The notes: generated by a model from the sequence alone, not told the origin. 64,000 nucleotides of DNA from Candidatus Omnitrophota bacterium (GCA_903860135.1 CAIOPG010000016.1:2674-66673); one strand, 5' to 3'. Positions 36,636-47,461 are shown, numbered from the stretch's first letter. Translations and numbers: made by a program.

Positions 36636-37490
36636 TCAAATGTGTCCGAGCCGCCGTTTGAATGTTTTCCACGGAAAAAGCGTGCCGGGGCATTCGGTCC
36701 TAGCGCCGAAGACCTGACCGTGGCCAAGGATATTGCGCTCCGGGATATGATAGTATTGCTTCAGATGATCCACAAGGCGGATCAAAGCGGCCAGCTGAGC
36801 TTCTGGCACATGTTCCTGGCTGAAGTTCCCCACCAGGCATATCCCGATCGCCTTGGCATTCATACCGGAAGCCTTGCAATGCGCACCGTCTTTCTGGGCA
36901 ACCCAGCGGGGGGTCGCATCCACATGCCCGGCGATGGAGCCTTTGGTGCCGTTATCAACAATGAAATCATAGCCCGTTCCATCAAAACCCCGGTGTAAAT
37001 GGGCCTTAAAAAGAGACATGGCATTGTCCGCATCGGTCGCGCTGTGATGGATAATGATATATTTCCATTTACGCGAAGGGAACACCGGGATAACCTCCCG
37101 GAGCGGTGCGGCCAAGGGGATCATGACCGTCTGCCCCATCTTAAGATCCGCAGGCTCTTTGAAATGATTGCGCAATAGAATATCATTCACCGTGACATCG
37201 TACATCCGGCTCAGGCGAAAGACCGTTTCGCCTGGAACAACCATATGCGCCATATCATGACGTGGCCCGGGAATCGGCGAAAGGCCCAGGGGTAATGTTA
37301 CCGGCCCCGATCGAACCGACGGAGAAATCATTGGCGGCGTGGCGCAGGAAGTCATCCCCAGCACCAGCACCACAAACATCCCCCGCCAGATCCATGGGCT
37401 GATAGTCCTGTGCAGATCGATCATTCTTTTCATGCTAGGAAATTGTCCTTTTTTGTAGCCAGCATGCCCCTGCTCAGGGACGCCGGACAC
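36636..37490 (-). CDS. N-acetylmuramoyl-L-alanine amidase (Amidase_2/PGRP fold) with LysM domain
   Basis: LysM (HMVVPGETVFRLSRMYDVTVNDIL). Amidase_2 Zn-binding context (IIIHHSATD..., HVPEAQLAALIRLVDHL, C-terminal TECPG). Confidence 0.8.
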   Translation of the reverse strand: MSGVPEQGHAGYKKGQFPSMKRMIDLHRTISPWIWRGMFVVLVLGMTSCATPPMISPSVRSGPVTLPLGLSPIPGPRHDMAHMVVPGETVFRLSRMYDVTVNDILLRNHFKEPADLKMGQTVMIPLAAPLREVIPVFPSRKWKYIIIHHSATDADNAMSLFKAHLHRGFDGTGYDFIVDNGTKGSIAGHVDATPRWVAQKDGAHCKASGMNAKAIGICLVGNFSQEHVPEAQLAALIRLVDHLKQYYHIPERNILGHGQVFGARTECPGTLFPWKTFKRRLGHI

Positions 37491-38079
37491 TGCGCACCGT
37501 CTTCACCCAAAACACCTCGCAAGCCCCGCCACCTGAATCCTCACGGGTCAATGATGTATTCCAGTGCCAGCCGTCTGTCTTTGTTACATCCACAAGAAAG
37601 CCTTCCAGATCAACCACATCAAAACGCCGCACAGCCGCGATCTTTCTCAAAACATTCTTATTATCCGCAAGGATGTGATGATTGGCCGAATGGCGCACGA
37701 CCTCATCGGCCGCTACCGGCAATTCGCCTTTCCAAGTATAATTATACCAGCGCCCGTCCTGCGAGATCTTTAAGGCATTGATCAGGGCTGCCTGACTCAT
37801 GACACCCCAACCGAGGGCCAGATCATATGGCGCCAGAATATCCTCGTCATATCCGGCCCAATAATGATGCCGGGAAAGAACAAGCGCTTTAATCCAATAA
37901 TGTGCCCGGGGAGAAATTGTATACGCGCCTTTTGTCCATGGCGCAGGCAGATCCTCTGTTGCCTGGATCGGCTCAGCGGGTGCGGCAGAACCTTTCCACG
38001 CGGCCCTTGGCAGCGGCCCACAAAAATGCCACGCCAAAAAAGCAATAATTGTATAAAAAAGGATTTTCTTCAGTGTCAC
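37474..38079 (-). CDS. hypothetical secreted/membrane-anchored protein
   Basis: N-terminal hydrophobic segment ILFYTIIAFLAWHF. No recognised domain. Confidence 0.4.
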   Translation of the reverse strand: MTLKKILFYTIIAFLAWHFCGPLPRAAWKGSAAPAEPIQATEDLPAPWTKGAYTISPRAHYWIKALVLSRHHYWAGYDEDILAPYDLALGWGVMSQAALINALKISQDGRWYNYTWKGELPVAADEVVRHSANHHILADNKNVLRKIAAVRRFDVVDLEGFLVDVTKTDGWHWNTSLTREDSGGGACEVFWVKTVRSVRRP

Positions 38080-38196
38080 AATCCATCATTCCCTGAATGC
38101 CGATAAACCCGGATTGTGCATTAGCCACCAGGAAAATGCCCGGGCAATGGATTATAACAAGAAAAGATCTTCATGCCAGAACTTGAAAAGAATTCT

Positions 38197-40155
38197 TTAC
38201 TCGTAACGCAGGGCTTCGATAGGATTTAGATTGGCGGCCTGTATCGCCGGGCGCAGGCCGAAGACAATACCAACAGCGATGGAAAAAGCCGCGGCCATGA
38301 CGATCGATCCCAAAGACACCTTGGTCGCCCAGCCCGCGACTGCCGACAAAATCCAAGCGGTGCCTGTACCGAGGACAATGCCGATCAATCCGCCGATCAC
38401 CGTCATCAGGACAGCTTCGATCAAGAACTGGGAAATAATATCCGACTTGCGCGCGCCGATCGCTTTGCGCAGGCCGATCTCACGCGTGCGCTCGGTCACC
38501 GACACCAGCATGATGTTCATGATCCCGATGCCGCCGACCAGAAGTGATATCGCGGCAATGGACCCCAACAGAAGTGTCATGGTCTGGGTGGTGCTCTCAA
38601 GCGTTGCCTGGATCTCAGCCATATTGCGGATCTGGAAAGAATCTTCCTTGTCTTTCTCCTGTTTATGCCGCTTGATAATAAGGGATCTCAATGACTCCTG
38701 GGCCTGCTCCATCAACGCCGCATCAGCAACTTCAACATCGATCGAATCAACATACTGCTTGCCCAACAGCCGGTACATGGCCGTCGTTACAGGAACCATG
38801 ACCACATCATCCTCATCATGCCAGCCCGAAGCTCCTTTTTCCGGCAGGACGCCGATCACCCTGAAACTGACGCGATTGACGCGGATATCCCGGCCGACCG
38901 GATTGTCATCACCGAAAAGCTGCACGGCCACCGTCTTGCCGACCAAGGCAACACGCTCGCGCATCCTTAATTCCTCGGCCGTGAAAAATCTTCCCAACAC
39001 AGGATTGGCAGAACGCATGCCGGCATAATCAACCCCTGCCCCCTGCACCTGCGTGCTCCAGTTCTTGTCACCTGCAACAAGCTGAACACGACCAGATACC
39101 GTCGGTGACACCCGCCTGACTTCCATCAGGCGCGCCATGGCCTGCGCATCATCAAGGGTAAAACGTGTCACCGCACCCGCTCCGAGCGACACCCCGCCCA
39201 TCTGGGAAGACCCCGGCCTTACCATAAGCAAATTCGAACCCAATGATGACAGGCGCTGAGCGATCGCATCTTTGGCACCCTGACCGAGGGCCAGCATGGC
39301 AATGACTGCCGCCACGCCGATCAGGATCCCCAACATGGATAATAATGACCGCATACGGTTGGAAAGGATAGCATGGGCCGACTGCCGGACATGGTCTGTC
39401 CATTCCGCGCGACCGCCGACACGGACTGGCCCCGCCAGTGCCTGATCGATCGAGGCGAGGTCCACACGCGCCGGAGGACATGCTGCATCCTTTATTTCAT
39501 CGGAAACAATCCGGCCATCGCGCATCAGGATAATCCGCCGGGCATGCTCGGCCACTTCCCGTTCATGGGTCACCAGGACAATCGTCTTGCCCTGCGCGTT
39601 GAGTTCCCTTAAGATGGCCATGATCTCGGCTTCGCTTTTGGTATCCAGGTTTCCCGTCGGCTCATCCGCGAAGATGATCACCGGGTCATTGACCAGCGCC
39701 CTGGCAATGGCCACACGCTGGCGTTCCCCGCCTGACAGTTCGTTGGGCTGATGATCTGCCCTGGCCCCCAGCCCCACAGCCTTGATCCTGGCCGACGCGC
39801 GTTCGCGTAGATGCTGTTTACCGGCATAGATCAACGGCAGGGCGATATTATCCAGTGCCGTGATCCTGGGCAAAAGATGAAACTGCTGGAACACAAAACC
39901 AGCAGTCTGATTGCGCAGCACAGCCAACTGATCATCACCCAAGCGGCTGATGTCGTGGCCGTTAAGAAAATACGCGCCGGCATCCGGGCGATCCAAGAAA
40001 CCCAGGACATGCAGCATGGTCGATTTCCCGGAACCCGACGGCCCCATGATCGCGACAAAATCGCCAGCTTTGATCGTGAGTGAAACATCCTGCAAGGCAC
40101 GCACCTGGGCAGTGCCCATCTGATACGTCTTGCTGATATGCTTGAGTTCAATCAT
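38197..40155 (-). CDS. macB: MacB-type ABC transporter (fused ATPase plus FtsX-like permease)
   Basis: N-terminal ABC ATPase (GPSGSGKST, LSGGERQR). Large periplasmic domain. C-terminal FtsX-like TM helices. Confidence 0.85.
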   Translation of the reverse strand: MIELKHISKTYQMGTAQVRALQDVSLTIKAGDFVAIMGPSGSGKSTMLHVLGFLDRPDAGAYFLNGHDISRLGDDQLAVLRNQTAGFVFQQFHLLPRITALDNIALPLIYAGKQHLRERASARIKAVGLGARADHQPNELSGGERQRVAIARALVNDPVIIFADEPTGNLDTKSEAEIMAILRELNAQGKTIVLVTHEREVAEHARRIILMRDGRIVSDEIKDAACPPARVDLASIDQALAGPVRVGGRAEWTDHVRQSAHAILSNRMRSLLSMLGILIGVAAVIAMLALGQGAKDAIAQRLSSLGSNLLMVRPGSSQMGGVSLGAGAVTRFTLDDAQAMARLMEVRRVSPTVSGRVQLVAGDKNWSTQVQGAGVDYAGMRSANPVLGRFFTAEELRMRERVALVGKTVAVQLFGDDNPVGRDIRVNRVSFRVIGVLPEKGASGWHDEDDVVMVPVTTAMYRLLGKQYVDSIDVEVADAALMEQAQESLRSLIIKRHKQEKDKEDSFQIRNMAEIQATLESTTQTMTLLLGSIAAISLLVGGIGIMNIMLVSVTERTREIGLRKAIGARKSDIISQFLIEAVLMTVIGGLIGIVLGTGTAWILSAVAGWATKVSLGSIVMAAAFSIAVGIVFGLRPAIQAANLNPIEALRYE

Positions 40156-40166
40156 GAGATGTTCCT

Positions 40167-41138
40167 TTAATGCGCCCCGCGCCTTCCGCCAGGACCTGCG
40201 GGCATAAAAGGACTGCCCGCCTTCTTGGCGGTACCCTTAGTTCCCTTGCTCACAACAGACACGATTAAAACCTTGTCATCTTCTGCAAGCCCGCGGGTGA
40301 CCTGCACATTCTCGCCGTCGGATAATCCCAGCTCGACTTCCTGCACAAGCGGCTTGACTCCGCGGCCCTGACCGATGAGAATAAAATTCTTGCCGTTTTC
40401 TTTGGTCACAGCTTGCTGGGATACGAGAAGCAAATGCTCCTGACTTGACTGGATGATCTTGACATTGGCACTCATGCCCGAACGAAAAACCTCCGGCACC
40501 TGTTCTGGGACAATATCAACGGCATAGATCGTTACATTGCTCACGGTTTTGGATTCGTAAGATACATGATCCACCTTGGCCTTGACCTCCATTTGTGGAT
40601 AGGCGTCGAGGGTGATCACAGCCTCCTGGCCCAGCTTGACCTTGCCGATATCTGTTTCGTCGACCTGAGTCTCAACAATCAGCCGGTCGGAAAGAACGAT
40701 CACCGCATCAGCCTGTGTCACGGTCTGCCCCGGCTCAACCGCCTTAACGATCACATCACCGTCAATGGGCGCGATCAGAGGCGTTGGTTTATATACATCC
40801 TCCCAGCTCTTCATTGTCGACGCCCCCTGCAGACGGGCCGCGTCCATAAGAGCCGCACGGTCCGTCGAGCTCATGAGCGCAAGGATATCCCCGGTTTTCA
40901 CCTTCTGCCCTTCAACCACAAGGATCTTTTCAATACGCCCGCTGATCGGCGGCTTGATCTCAAGGCGGTTCTGCGGCTGAACAGTGCCCGTAGCTGTAAT
41001 CGATACCTCGATCTTGCCGTAAAACGGCTTGACCCGCTTGTACGCAATCGCCTTTGCAGAACCTCGTCCAAAGAAGACCCACACCCCGATAACAACACAA
41101 AAAACACCAAGCACCATGGCAATATTTCGTTTATTCAT
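40167..41138 (-). CDS. macA: periplasmic adaptor subunit (HlyD/MacA family)
   Basis: TM anchor, coiled-coil, lipoyl and beta-barrel arrangement. Start refined to MNKRNIAMVLGV. Confidence 0.8.
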   Translation of the reverse strand: MNKRNIAMVLGVFCVVIGVWVFFGRGSAKAIAYKRVKPFYGKIEVSITATGTVQPQNRLEIKPPISGRIEKILVVEGQKVKTGDILALMSSTDRAALMDAARLQGASTMKSWEDVYKPTPLIAPIDGDVIVKAVEPGQTVTQADAVIVLSDRLIVETQVDETDIGKVKLGQEAVITLDAYPQMEVKAKVDHVSYESKTVSNVTIYAVDIVPEQVPEVFRSGMSANVKIIQSSQEHLLLVSQQAVTKENGKNFILIGQGRGVKPLVQEVELGLSDGENVQVTRGLAEDDKVLIVSVVSKGTKGTAKKAGSPFMPAGPGGRRGAH

Positions 41139-42405
41139 CGATCGTCTCCCCTTTAGCCTGGAGCCAGCTGGCTTCCGCCAGCAACGCATTGGTTTTGGCC
41201 TGTAATAAAGACTTCTGGTTCTTCACCAGGTCATCCTCGATGATCGTCCAGTCATTAAACGTGGCAAGGCCGGACTTGTATTGCGCTTCGACAATTTCCG
41301 CGCGCTGACGGGCTGCCTGAAAGAATTTCTCCTGGACCGCCGCTTGATCGACATCATTGATCCACTGTGTCCATGCCTGTGCCAGCGTAAATATCACGCC
41401 ATCACGACCACTGCGGGCATCAGCTTCAGCCTGCTGATAAGCCGCTTTAGCTTTGGCCAGCGCCGCCTGTTGTTGGCCACCCTGAAAGATCGGGAAAGAC
41501 ACACTGATACCGGCGGACCAGTTGCTTGTTTGCGGCGGCCATCCGGCATCACTCTTCCCGGCACCGGCATCGGCATACACCTGCGGAAAGAAATCAGACC
41601 TGGCCGACTTTACGCCAAAACGCGCCGCCTCTTTCTGCGCGACAAGATTCTTGAGCAACGGTGTCATCGCAACCAAGGTTTCAAATTCAGGCCTGGCACG
41701 ATCGATTTCAACGACGGTAAGATCCCCAGTCGCCGTGAGTGCCGCGAATTTAACACGCCCCAACGCCTTTAGCAAGCGCCGCTGGTATAGTTCAATAGAC
41801 CGCTCGGCCGTAACACAATCAAGCTCTGCCTGCGCCGCATTCGCCTCAGCGGTCAAGAGCGAACCTTTATGTTCGCGCCCCCCCTGATATTGCAACGTCA
41901 CCATTGCCATATTCTGCCGGCGACGGCTCAGGATATTTTGCGTGACATTGAGATTTTCCTGCGCGCTTAAAAGGCCGATAAAGGCGGTGTCTAATTCAAG
42001 GCGCACATTGGAAGAAACGACCTGATAATTGTATGTCGCGGATTTGACCTGCTCCTGCGCAGCGGCAAGATCATGCGATGCCTTGAACCCGTCAAACAAA
42101 AGCTGACGGCCGCTGATGCGATAAGAATACGCATCGGCCTGCTGCCGGGCCATTGTCTTGCTGGTATCTGCCCCGGCATTGGCCGATAACTGCGGCAAAG
42201 CCGCACTGCGCACGATCCCTGTATTGGCTTGAGCCGCCTTCAACTTCTGACGGGCTGACATCAATTCGGGATTGTTGTCGCGCGCCTCACGCACCGCCAT
42301 TGCCCAGGACAATGGCTCATCCCCGGCGGCATAGGCCAGCGGAATAACCATAAAACAGAAAACAACAATAACAGCCACTTTCTTCAACGCCATAATACCC
42401 TTCAC
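41131..42405 (-). CDS. TolC-family outer membrane efflux protein
   Basis: Signal peptide and two repeated coiled-coil/beta halves typical of the OEP/TolC family. Confidence 0.8.
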   Translation of the reverse strand: MKGIMALKKVAVIVVFCFMVIPLAYAAGDEPLSWAMAVREARDNNPELMSARQKLKAAQANTGIVRSAALPQLSANAGADTSKTMARQQADAYSYRISGRQLLFDGFKASHDLAAAQEQVKSATYNYQVVSSNVRLELDTAFIGLLSAQENLNVTQNILSRRRQNMAMVTLQYQGGREHKGSLLTAEANAAQAELDCVTAERSIELYQRRLLKALGRVKFAALTATGDLTVVEIDRARPEFETLVAMTPLLKNLVAQKEAARFGVKSARSDFFPQVYADAGAGKSDAGWPPQTSNWSAGISVSFPIFQGGQQQAALAKAKAAYQQAEADARSGRDGVIFTLAQAWTQWINDVDQAAVQEKFFQAARQRAEIVEAQYKSGLATFNDWTIIEDDLVKNQKSLLQAKTNALLAEASWLQAKGETIDE

Positions 42406-42566
42406 TTTCCCTAATGCCCGCTAAAAACATTCTTGCCGTGCCGCACATTGTGTTAGACACAGCTTAACCCTAAAAAGTTACATGAATATGGAAATATTAT
42501 TGAAAAAGGTCCGCCATAACGACGGACCCTGTAAGCACTTCTCCTGAAACAATAATCTCCCCGTGC

Positions 42567-43193
42567 TTATATCACGTAACGGATCACCCATTCCGTCGAC
42601 GGAAGGGTTAGCTTCACTTCTTTATAGTTTGTCCCTAAGACCCCGAAAGCTTCAGCCTCTTTGCCCGAGCAAATGATCTGGTACGCCTTGGCCTTATCCA
42701 GCCCCACCGCCTTCAAAAAGAAAGGCGTACGCACCATCATCGACACAAGCCCGGCAACCTTGCCGTCTTTCATGACAGGATACCGCATCGCGATCAGCCT
42801 GGGCTGAACCATACTGCCATGCGCCGGCTCGGAAAGCTGTGGCCCGGGGCTTTCTTTCAATAACTTCTGAAACAGATGAAGCTCCTTGACGCCCTTGAGA
42901 TCAAACCCGCGCGCCAGAAAATGCGACGGAAATAAAACCTGCCGGATCACCCAGTTCTCATCGATGAAAGATCCTCCAAAAATCCCCGGAACCCCGGCAA
43001 TGACAGGTTTCATGGCCTCGCGAAAAGTCAAATAATTTGGCTGCGCATCAGCCGCCAGCTTCAATTTGGCAAACGTGTCATCAAAATACGCCTGTACTTT
43101 CTGCCCCACAGGATCATCCGCCGGAACAGGCGCGGCCAACGCCATGGTTCCCATGGTCAATAACAACGTGATCCCCATCAAGAACTTTTTCAT
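42567..43193 (-). CDS. hypothetical secreted protein
   Basis: Signal peptide MKKFLMGITLLLTMGTMALA. No recognised domain. Confidence 0.45.
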   Translation of the reverse strand: MKKFLMGITLLLTMGTMALAAPVPADDPVGQKVQAYFDDTFAKLKLAADAQPNYLTFREAMKPVIAGVPGIFGGSFIDENWVIRQVLFPSHFLARGFDLKGVKELHLFQKLLKESPGPQLSEPAHGSMVQPRLIAMRYPVMKDGKVAGLVSMMVRTPFFLKAVGLDKAKAYQIICSGKEAEAFGVLGTNYKEVKLTLPSTEWVIRYVI

Positions 43194-43242
43194 ACAACCC
43201 CCTGTTTCATTAATAATGTTTTCTACACCCGCGCGACACAGC

Positions 43243-44277
43243 CTACCTGATCCAACCCACAGCCTTTTCGATATCCAGCGCCTTGAACATCCCCAGAGCT
43301 ACCGCACGCCGCGCCGCCTCCCCCAGCCCAAGACCACACGCATCCAAGAGCGACAACCCCTCGACCATAAAACCGTACGCGTCACGCGCCACAGGCGTCA
43401 ATTCCTCCTGAAATTGATGGAATACCGCCTTGTCGACCGGCAAATCACCTTCCATCTCTTTAAGTCGTTTCCCTGCCGCACGATGCTGGTACGTCATCAG
43501 GGAAAGGGCATAATTATGACGCCGTTCAATATGATCACGAGCCAGATCCCGCATATCATCGGCAAGCTGACAACCCAATCCAAATTTGCCCAGCCCCTGG
43601 CGTGCCAACGCCATCACCCGGAGGTCAACCTCCTTCTCGATCCGTTCCGGGCCAAACAACGGCAGATGAAACAACAACCCTGTTTTCAACTGATGGATCG
43701 TATTCAATACATATTCAGGCCGGGGACGTTTAACGATACCCGCCTCCTCGGAGGCCTCTTCGGCCGCACTGGGCAAAAGCACCTGCAATGTGCCGTCGGC
43801 GACGATCCGCGCCTGTTCTGGTGTGATCACCCCGCCGGACACCGCCTCTGCAATGAACCGCCCCATGATCCTATCCGCCGCCATGACAGCTACTACCTGA
43901 CGCATGACACGCGAGTCTGCCGGCATCTTGATCGGGAAAAAAACCTTGTCCTCATCATCGAGCAGATTATCCGCCGATGTCACCCAAATACGGAATAAAT
44001 AATTGATCCGCCCATAGAACAGCCGCCGTTCCGGGGCAATATCCAGAAGGGCATACACCGCCTGAAAAAATGTTGAGAAAAAATTGCGGTGCGGCATATA
44101 CATAGCCGCCGGAAGTGCTCCGGCGCTGATCACAAAATCTCCGGGCGTTCCCCGCGGAGAAACCATGATCTCCCTGCCGACCCGGTCAACATCACCGAGG
44201 CAAAGGCAACATTCCTTAAATGCCCCCACAAGCACCTTGTTCTCAACAAAAGCACGGCCGATATCGAGCACCGACAT
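43243..44277 (-). CDS. squalene/phytoene synthase-like (class I isoprenoid synthase fold) protein, tentative
   Basis: Asp-rich segments ADNLLDDED and QLADDMRDLARD resemble the two trans-IPPS head-to-head motifs. Weak. Confidence 0.3.
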   Translation of the reverse strand: MSVLDIGRAFVENKVLVGAFKECCLCLGDVDRVGREIMVSPRGTPGDFVISAGALPAAMYMPHRNFFSTFFQAVYALLDIAPERRLFYGRINYLFRIWVTSADNLLDDEDKVFFPIKMPADSRVMRQVVAVMAADRIMGRFIAEAVSGGVITPEQARIVADGTLQVLLPSAAEEASEEAGIVKRPRPEYVLNTIHQLKTGLLFHLPLFGPERIEKEVDLRVMALARQGLGKFGLGCQLADDMRDLARDHIERRHNYALSLMTYQHRAAGKRLKEMEGDLPVDKAVFHQFQEELTPVARDAYGFMVEGLSLLDACGLGLGEAARRAVALGMFKALDIEKAVGWIR

Positions 44278-45176
44278 CAGGAACTCTTCCTGTAATAATG
44301 CTGCAAATATGCCTCCAGATCCATCTTTCCCCGCTGTGCGGTCGGAGCGCTATTGACAGAAAAGAAAAGGATCAGTTGCCCCATGGCATAATACTGAAAC
44401 GAAAACGGCCGGATAAGAACCAGCATCAACCGGCAGATCCACGCCGGGATGGAAATCATCCGGATCGGCTTATCCCATAATTTAAAACAGGCTGTGCCGA
44501 TCTGACGCCAGGTCATGTCGCGCGGCCCGCCAATAGACGTATACGTATTGGCCAATAACAGCGTATCGTCAACCATCAGGGCTGCCAGTTCTTCGACTTC
44601 AACCGGCGTACTGACCGCATTGCCATTACCAATGATATACATCGGCCCCTTGCGGGCAAGCTCGGCCATGCCAACGAAATCAGCCATAAACCCGCCGGAA
44701 CGAACGATAATCCACGCCAACCCGCTTTTCTTCAATGCTTCTTCAAACTTGAACTTAGCCTCCATCAAAGGCACGCCCTGGCGCGCCCCAAGATCTGTTC
44801 CCGCCGGAGATATAACAACAAACTTCCTGACCCCCGCCCGTTTCGCCTCGGCCAGCAGGTTCATGTTCCCCTGATAATCCACATCCATGTGCGTTAATTT
44901 ACCGCGGATCCGCGTGATGCCAACGACCGAGACAACCACGTCGATCCCGGCGCAGGTCCCGTGCAGGGATTCAGGCCGCGTCACATCCCCCAGGATCTTG
45001 GAAGATAAGCCTTCGATACCATTAAATTCGCGCTCAAAGAGAGACAACCCCGATGGATTGACCCCTTTCTTGTTAAATGCCCCCACCAGTGCCCGCCCCA
45101 ACACTCCGCCAACGCCCGCGATCAAAATATTATCCGCCATACCTGTCTCCCCGGTTACGATCTCCTCCTTCAACAA
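44277..45176 (-). CDS. NAD(P)-binding NmrA-like/atypical SDR protein
   Basis: Rossmann N-terminus ILIAGVGGVLGRALVGAF. Confidence 0.6.
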   Translation of the reverse strand: MLKEEIVTGETGMADNILIAGVGGVLGRALVGAFNKKGVNPSGLSLFEREFNGIEGLSSKILGDVTRPESLHGTCAGIDVVVSVVGITRIRGKLTHMDVDYQGNMNLLAEAKRAGVRKFVVISPAGTDLGARQGVPLMEAKFKFEEALKKSGLAWIIVRSGGFMADFVGMAELARKGPMYIIGNGNAVSTPVEVEELAALMVDDTLLLANTYTSIGGPRDMTWRQIGTACFKLWDKPIRMISIPAWICRLMLVLIRPFSFQYYAMGQLILFFSVNSAPTAQRGKMDLEAYLQHYYRKSS

Positions 45177-45185
45177 TAAAGCACC

Positions 45186-45407
45186 CTATTCAAAATAAAC
45201 GTGCTTGATCATCCGCCAATGCAGAGCCAAATGAACAATAACAAGAACGGACAGCACCAGCCCGCCAAAAGCATGGACCAGATAAACCACATGTTCCTGT
45301 TCTTTGGGTAACTCCATAAAGAAAAGAACCGCGCTGGTAATAACCTGAACAATGAAGAAAACAAAAAGAAGAAAATTGCCCCACAACAAACATCGCGCCT
45401 TATTCAT
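45186..45407 (-). CDS. small membrane protein
   Basis: Two hydrophobic helices. Start refined to MNKARCLLWGNF. Confidence 0.4.
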   Translation of the reverse strand: MNKARCLLWGNFLLFVFFIVQVITSAVLFFMELPKEQEHVVYLVHAFGGLVLSVLVIVHLALHWRMIKHVYFE

Positions 45408-45600
45408 ACATTTCTCCTTTATATGACACCACGCCACCGATCTCCTGTGCCGGTCCGACATGTATTAATTATCCCATAAATTTAAAAGCATAAAAGCATC
45501 TCCTGCGCCAAACAGGTGTCTTAAACGCAAACTATGGCATAAAAAATAAAAAACCCCGCAAAAACTTGCAGGGTTCAAAGGATACACTGAGGCAATGCTG

Positions 45601-46140
45601 TTACAACCCGTATTTCTTAAGTTTATACCAAAGATTACGTTCGGAAATACCCAGCAGGCGTGCCGCCTCCGCCTTAACACCGCCGGCGGCATAAAGCGCT
45701 TTCTGGATCGCCTCTTTTTCTTTAATATCGATCTGTGCTTGCAGGTCAAAGCCAGCCTGAGGCAAAACATTCTCTGCGAAAACCTTGGGCATGGCCTTGC
45801 TGACCGACTGCACCAGCTCCTCGACGCTGAAAGGCTTACGGATATAATCACAGGCACCATGCTTCAATGTTTTTACCGCTGTATCCACATCCGCGTACGC
45901 GGTTGTCACCACGATCGGCAACTTGATGCCCAGGCGCTCCATTTCGTAAATGAGCTCCACCCCGCCCATGACCGGCATCCGCACATCGGTCACAACCACA
46001 TCCACCTGTTTGTCAAACAGGACTTTCAGCGCCTCTTCACCATTGGCCGCCGTCAGCACATTGAACCCATATTCGGGAAGCCCCAGGCGCAACACGCGCA
46101 GAAGGCGCGGCTCATCGTCCACAATAAGCATGGTAGGCAT
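45601..46140 (-). CDS. response regulator (receiver plus Fis-type HTH, no AAA+ domain)
   Basis: LIVDDE...VVTDVRMP...K receiver. C-terminal EKEAIQKALYAAGGVKAEAARLLGISERNLWYKLKKYGL. Confidence 0.8.
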   Translation of the reverse strand: MPTMLIVDDEPRLLRVLRLGLPEYGFNVLTAANGEEALKVLFDKQVDVVVTDVRMPVMGGVELIYEMERLGIKLPIVVTTAYADVDTAVKTLKHGACDYIRKPFSVEELVQSVSKAMPKVFAENVLPQAGFDLQAQIDIKEKEAIQKALYAAGGVKAEAARLLGISERNLWYKLKKYGL

Positions 46141-46141
46141 A

Positions 46142-47455
46142 TTATATCCTCAGGGGCAAATAGACCGCAAATACAGCGCCGTGCGGGAGCGCGTCGGCAA
46201 CTTCGATCCTGCCGCCATGTTCTTCCACAATACGCCGGACAACCGTCAACCCGATCCCAAAACCGTAAGGCTTTGTCGTGTACATCAGGTCAAATATCTT
46301 CTGTTTTTGCGCAGGATTAAGCCCGACACCATGATCTTTCACCACCAGCACATACTCTCTCCCGACGACTTTCGTTACGATCTCAATACTGCCTTTTTCA
46401 GGAGACGCCTCAATGGCATTCAGCAAAAGGTTCATCAGCACCTGCCTGATCCCCGCCGCATGGCATGGCAAAAACACCCCTAGCGACTCATCCTTGATCT
46501 GCAGGACAAGCCCTGCGGTCTCAAGCTTAACGGCAAACAAGGCCGCCACCTGCTGGACCAGCGCCGCAATATCCACGGGAATCTTGGGCTTATTGTCCAC
46601 CCGATGCAGGTTCAACAGATCTGTCAACAACTCATCAACCCGTTCCACTTCAGAAGAAATATCCTGCGCCAGCGCCGCTACATCCCCTGCAGAACGCCGG
46701 GCAATGATCCCTGCCGCACTTTTGACGATCCCCAGCGGATTACGGATCTCATGCGCCAGGTGCTGGACCAGCGCCGCGAGTGCCAGTTGCCTTTGCTGAT
46801 CCACCAATTGACGCGCCTGACGATGCAACACCCTGATACTGTAACCACTGATACCCAGGACCAGCAGGATCACGATCAGCATGAAATAAATACTGCCTTC
46901 GTGCGCCTTGGAACGTGATCTTTGGGATTTCTCGAGCGACGTACGGATGCTCCCAAAATAAAATTGACGCAATAACTGGGTCGTCGCCTGCAATTGCCCG
47001 ATCGAACGGATCAGCGCCACCGCGGCCAAAGGATTGGACTTGGACGGCAACACATCAATGACCCGGGTCAATTCCAGGAAATACCGATGCGCCTTTCCGA
47101 GCAGGATAGCTTCCTCTTCTTCATGCGTCACAAGGCCAGTCCCCCGCGACGCTTCCTGCTCGGCACGCCCCCAGTCATATAATAACCGTGCCATAGCGTC
47201 AGACTTCGCTTTTAATTGCTCAAACGTCAATAGGCCGGCTTGCCAGCCTGTAATATCCGTCGCTATTTCCTTAAAAACATCTTCGGCGGCAACCATCCGC
47301 TGATACTCCGTCCATTCCTCCTCCAATTGCAGCTGATGGATGCGGATACCCTCAAGATAATGTAGGCCAATGCCCCCCATGATCACAATGACCAGGCCCA
47401 GAACCGTGAACGCCCACATGATCCTGCGCGTAAGGATCAACGACATCGATGCCAT
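46142..47455 (-). CDS. sensor histidine kinase
   Basis: TM segments. H-box LAHEIRNPLGIV. HATPase N-, G1- and G2-boxes (GVGLNPAQ, GFGIGL). Confidence 0.85.
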   Translation of the reverse strand: MASMSLILTRRIMWAFTVLGLVIVIMGGIGLHYLEGIRIHQLQLEEEWTEYQRMVAAEDVFKEIATDITGWQAGLLTFEQLKAKSDAMARLLYDWGRAEQEASRGTGLVTHEEEEAILLGKAHRYFLELTRVIDVLPSKSNPLAAVALIRSIGQLQATTQLLRQFYFGSIRTSLEKSQRSRSKAHEGSIYFMLIVILLVLGISGYSIRVLHRQARQLVDQQRQLALAALVQHLAHEIRNPLGIVKSAAGIIARRSAGDVAALAQDISSEVERVDELLTDLLNLHRVDNKPKIPVDIAALVQQVAALFAVKLETAGLVLQIKDESLGVFLPCHAAGIRQVLMNLLLNAIEASPEKGSIEIVTKVVGREYVLVVKDHGVGLNPAQKQKIFDLMYTTKPYGFGIGLTVVRRIVEEHGGRIEVADALPHGAVFAVYLPLRI

Positions 47456-47461
47456 AACACA

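Noticed and set aside
42567-43193. Calling the 208-aa secreted protein a substrate-binding or sensor (Cache/PAS) domain
   Set aside because: There is only a signal peptide and a vague alpha/beta pattern. No defining motif was seen, so it is kept as hypothetical.
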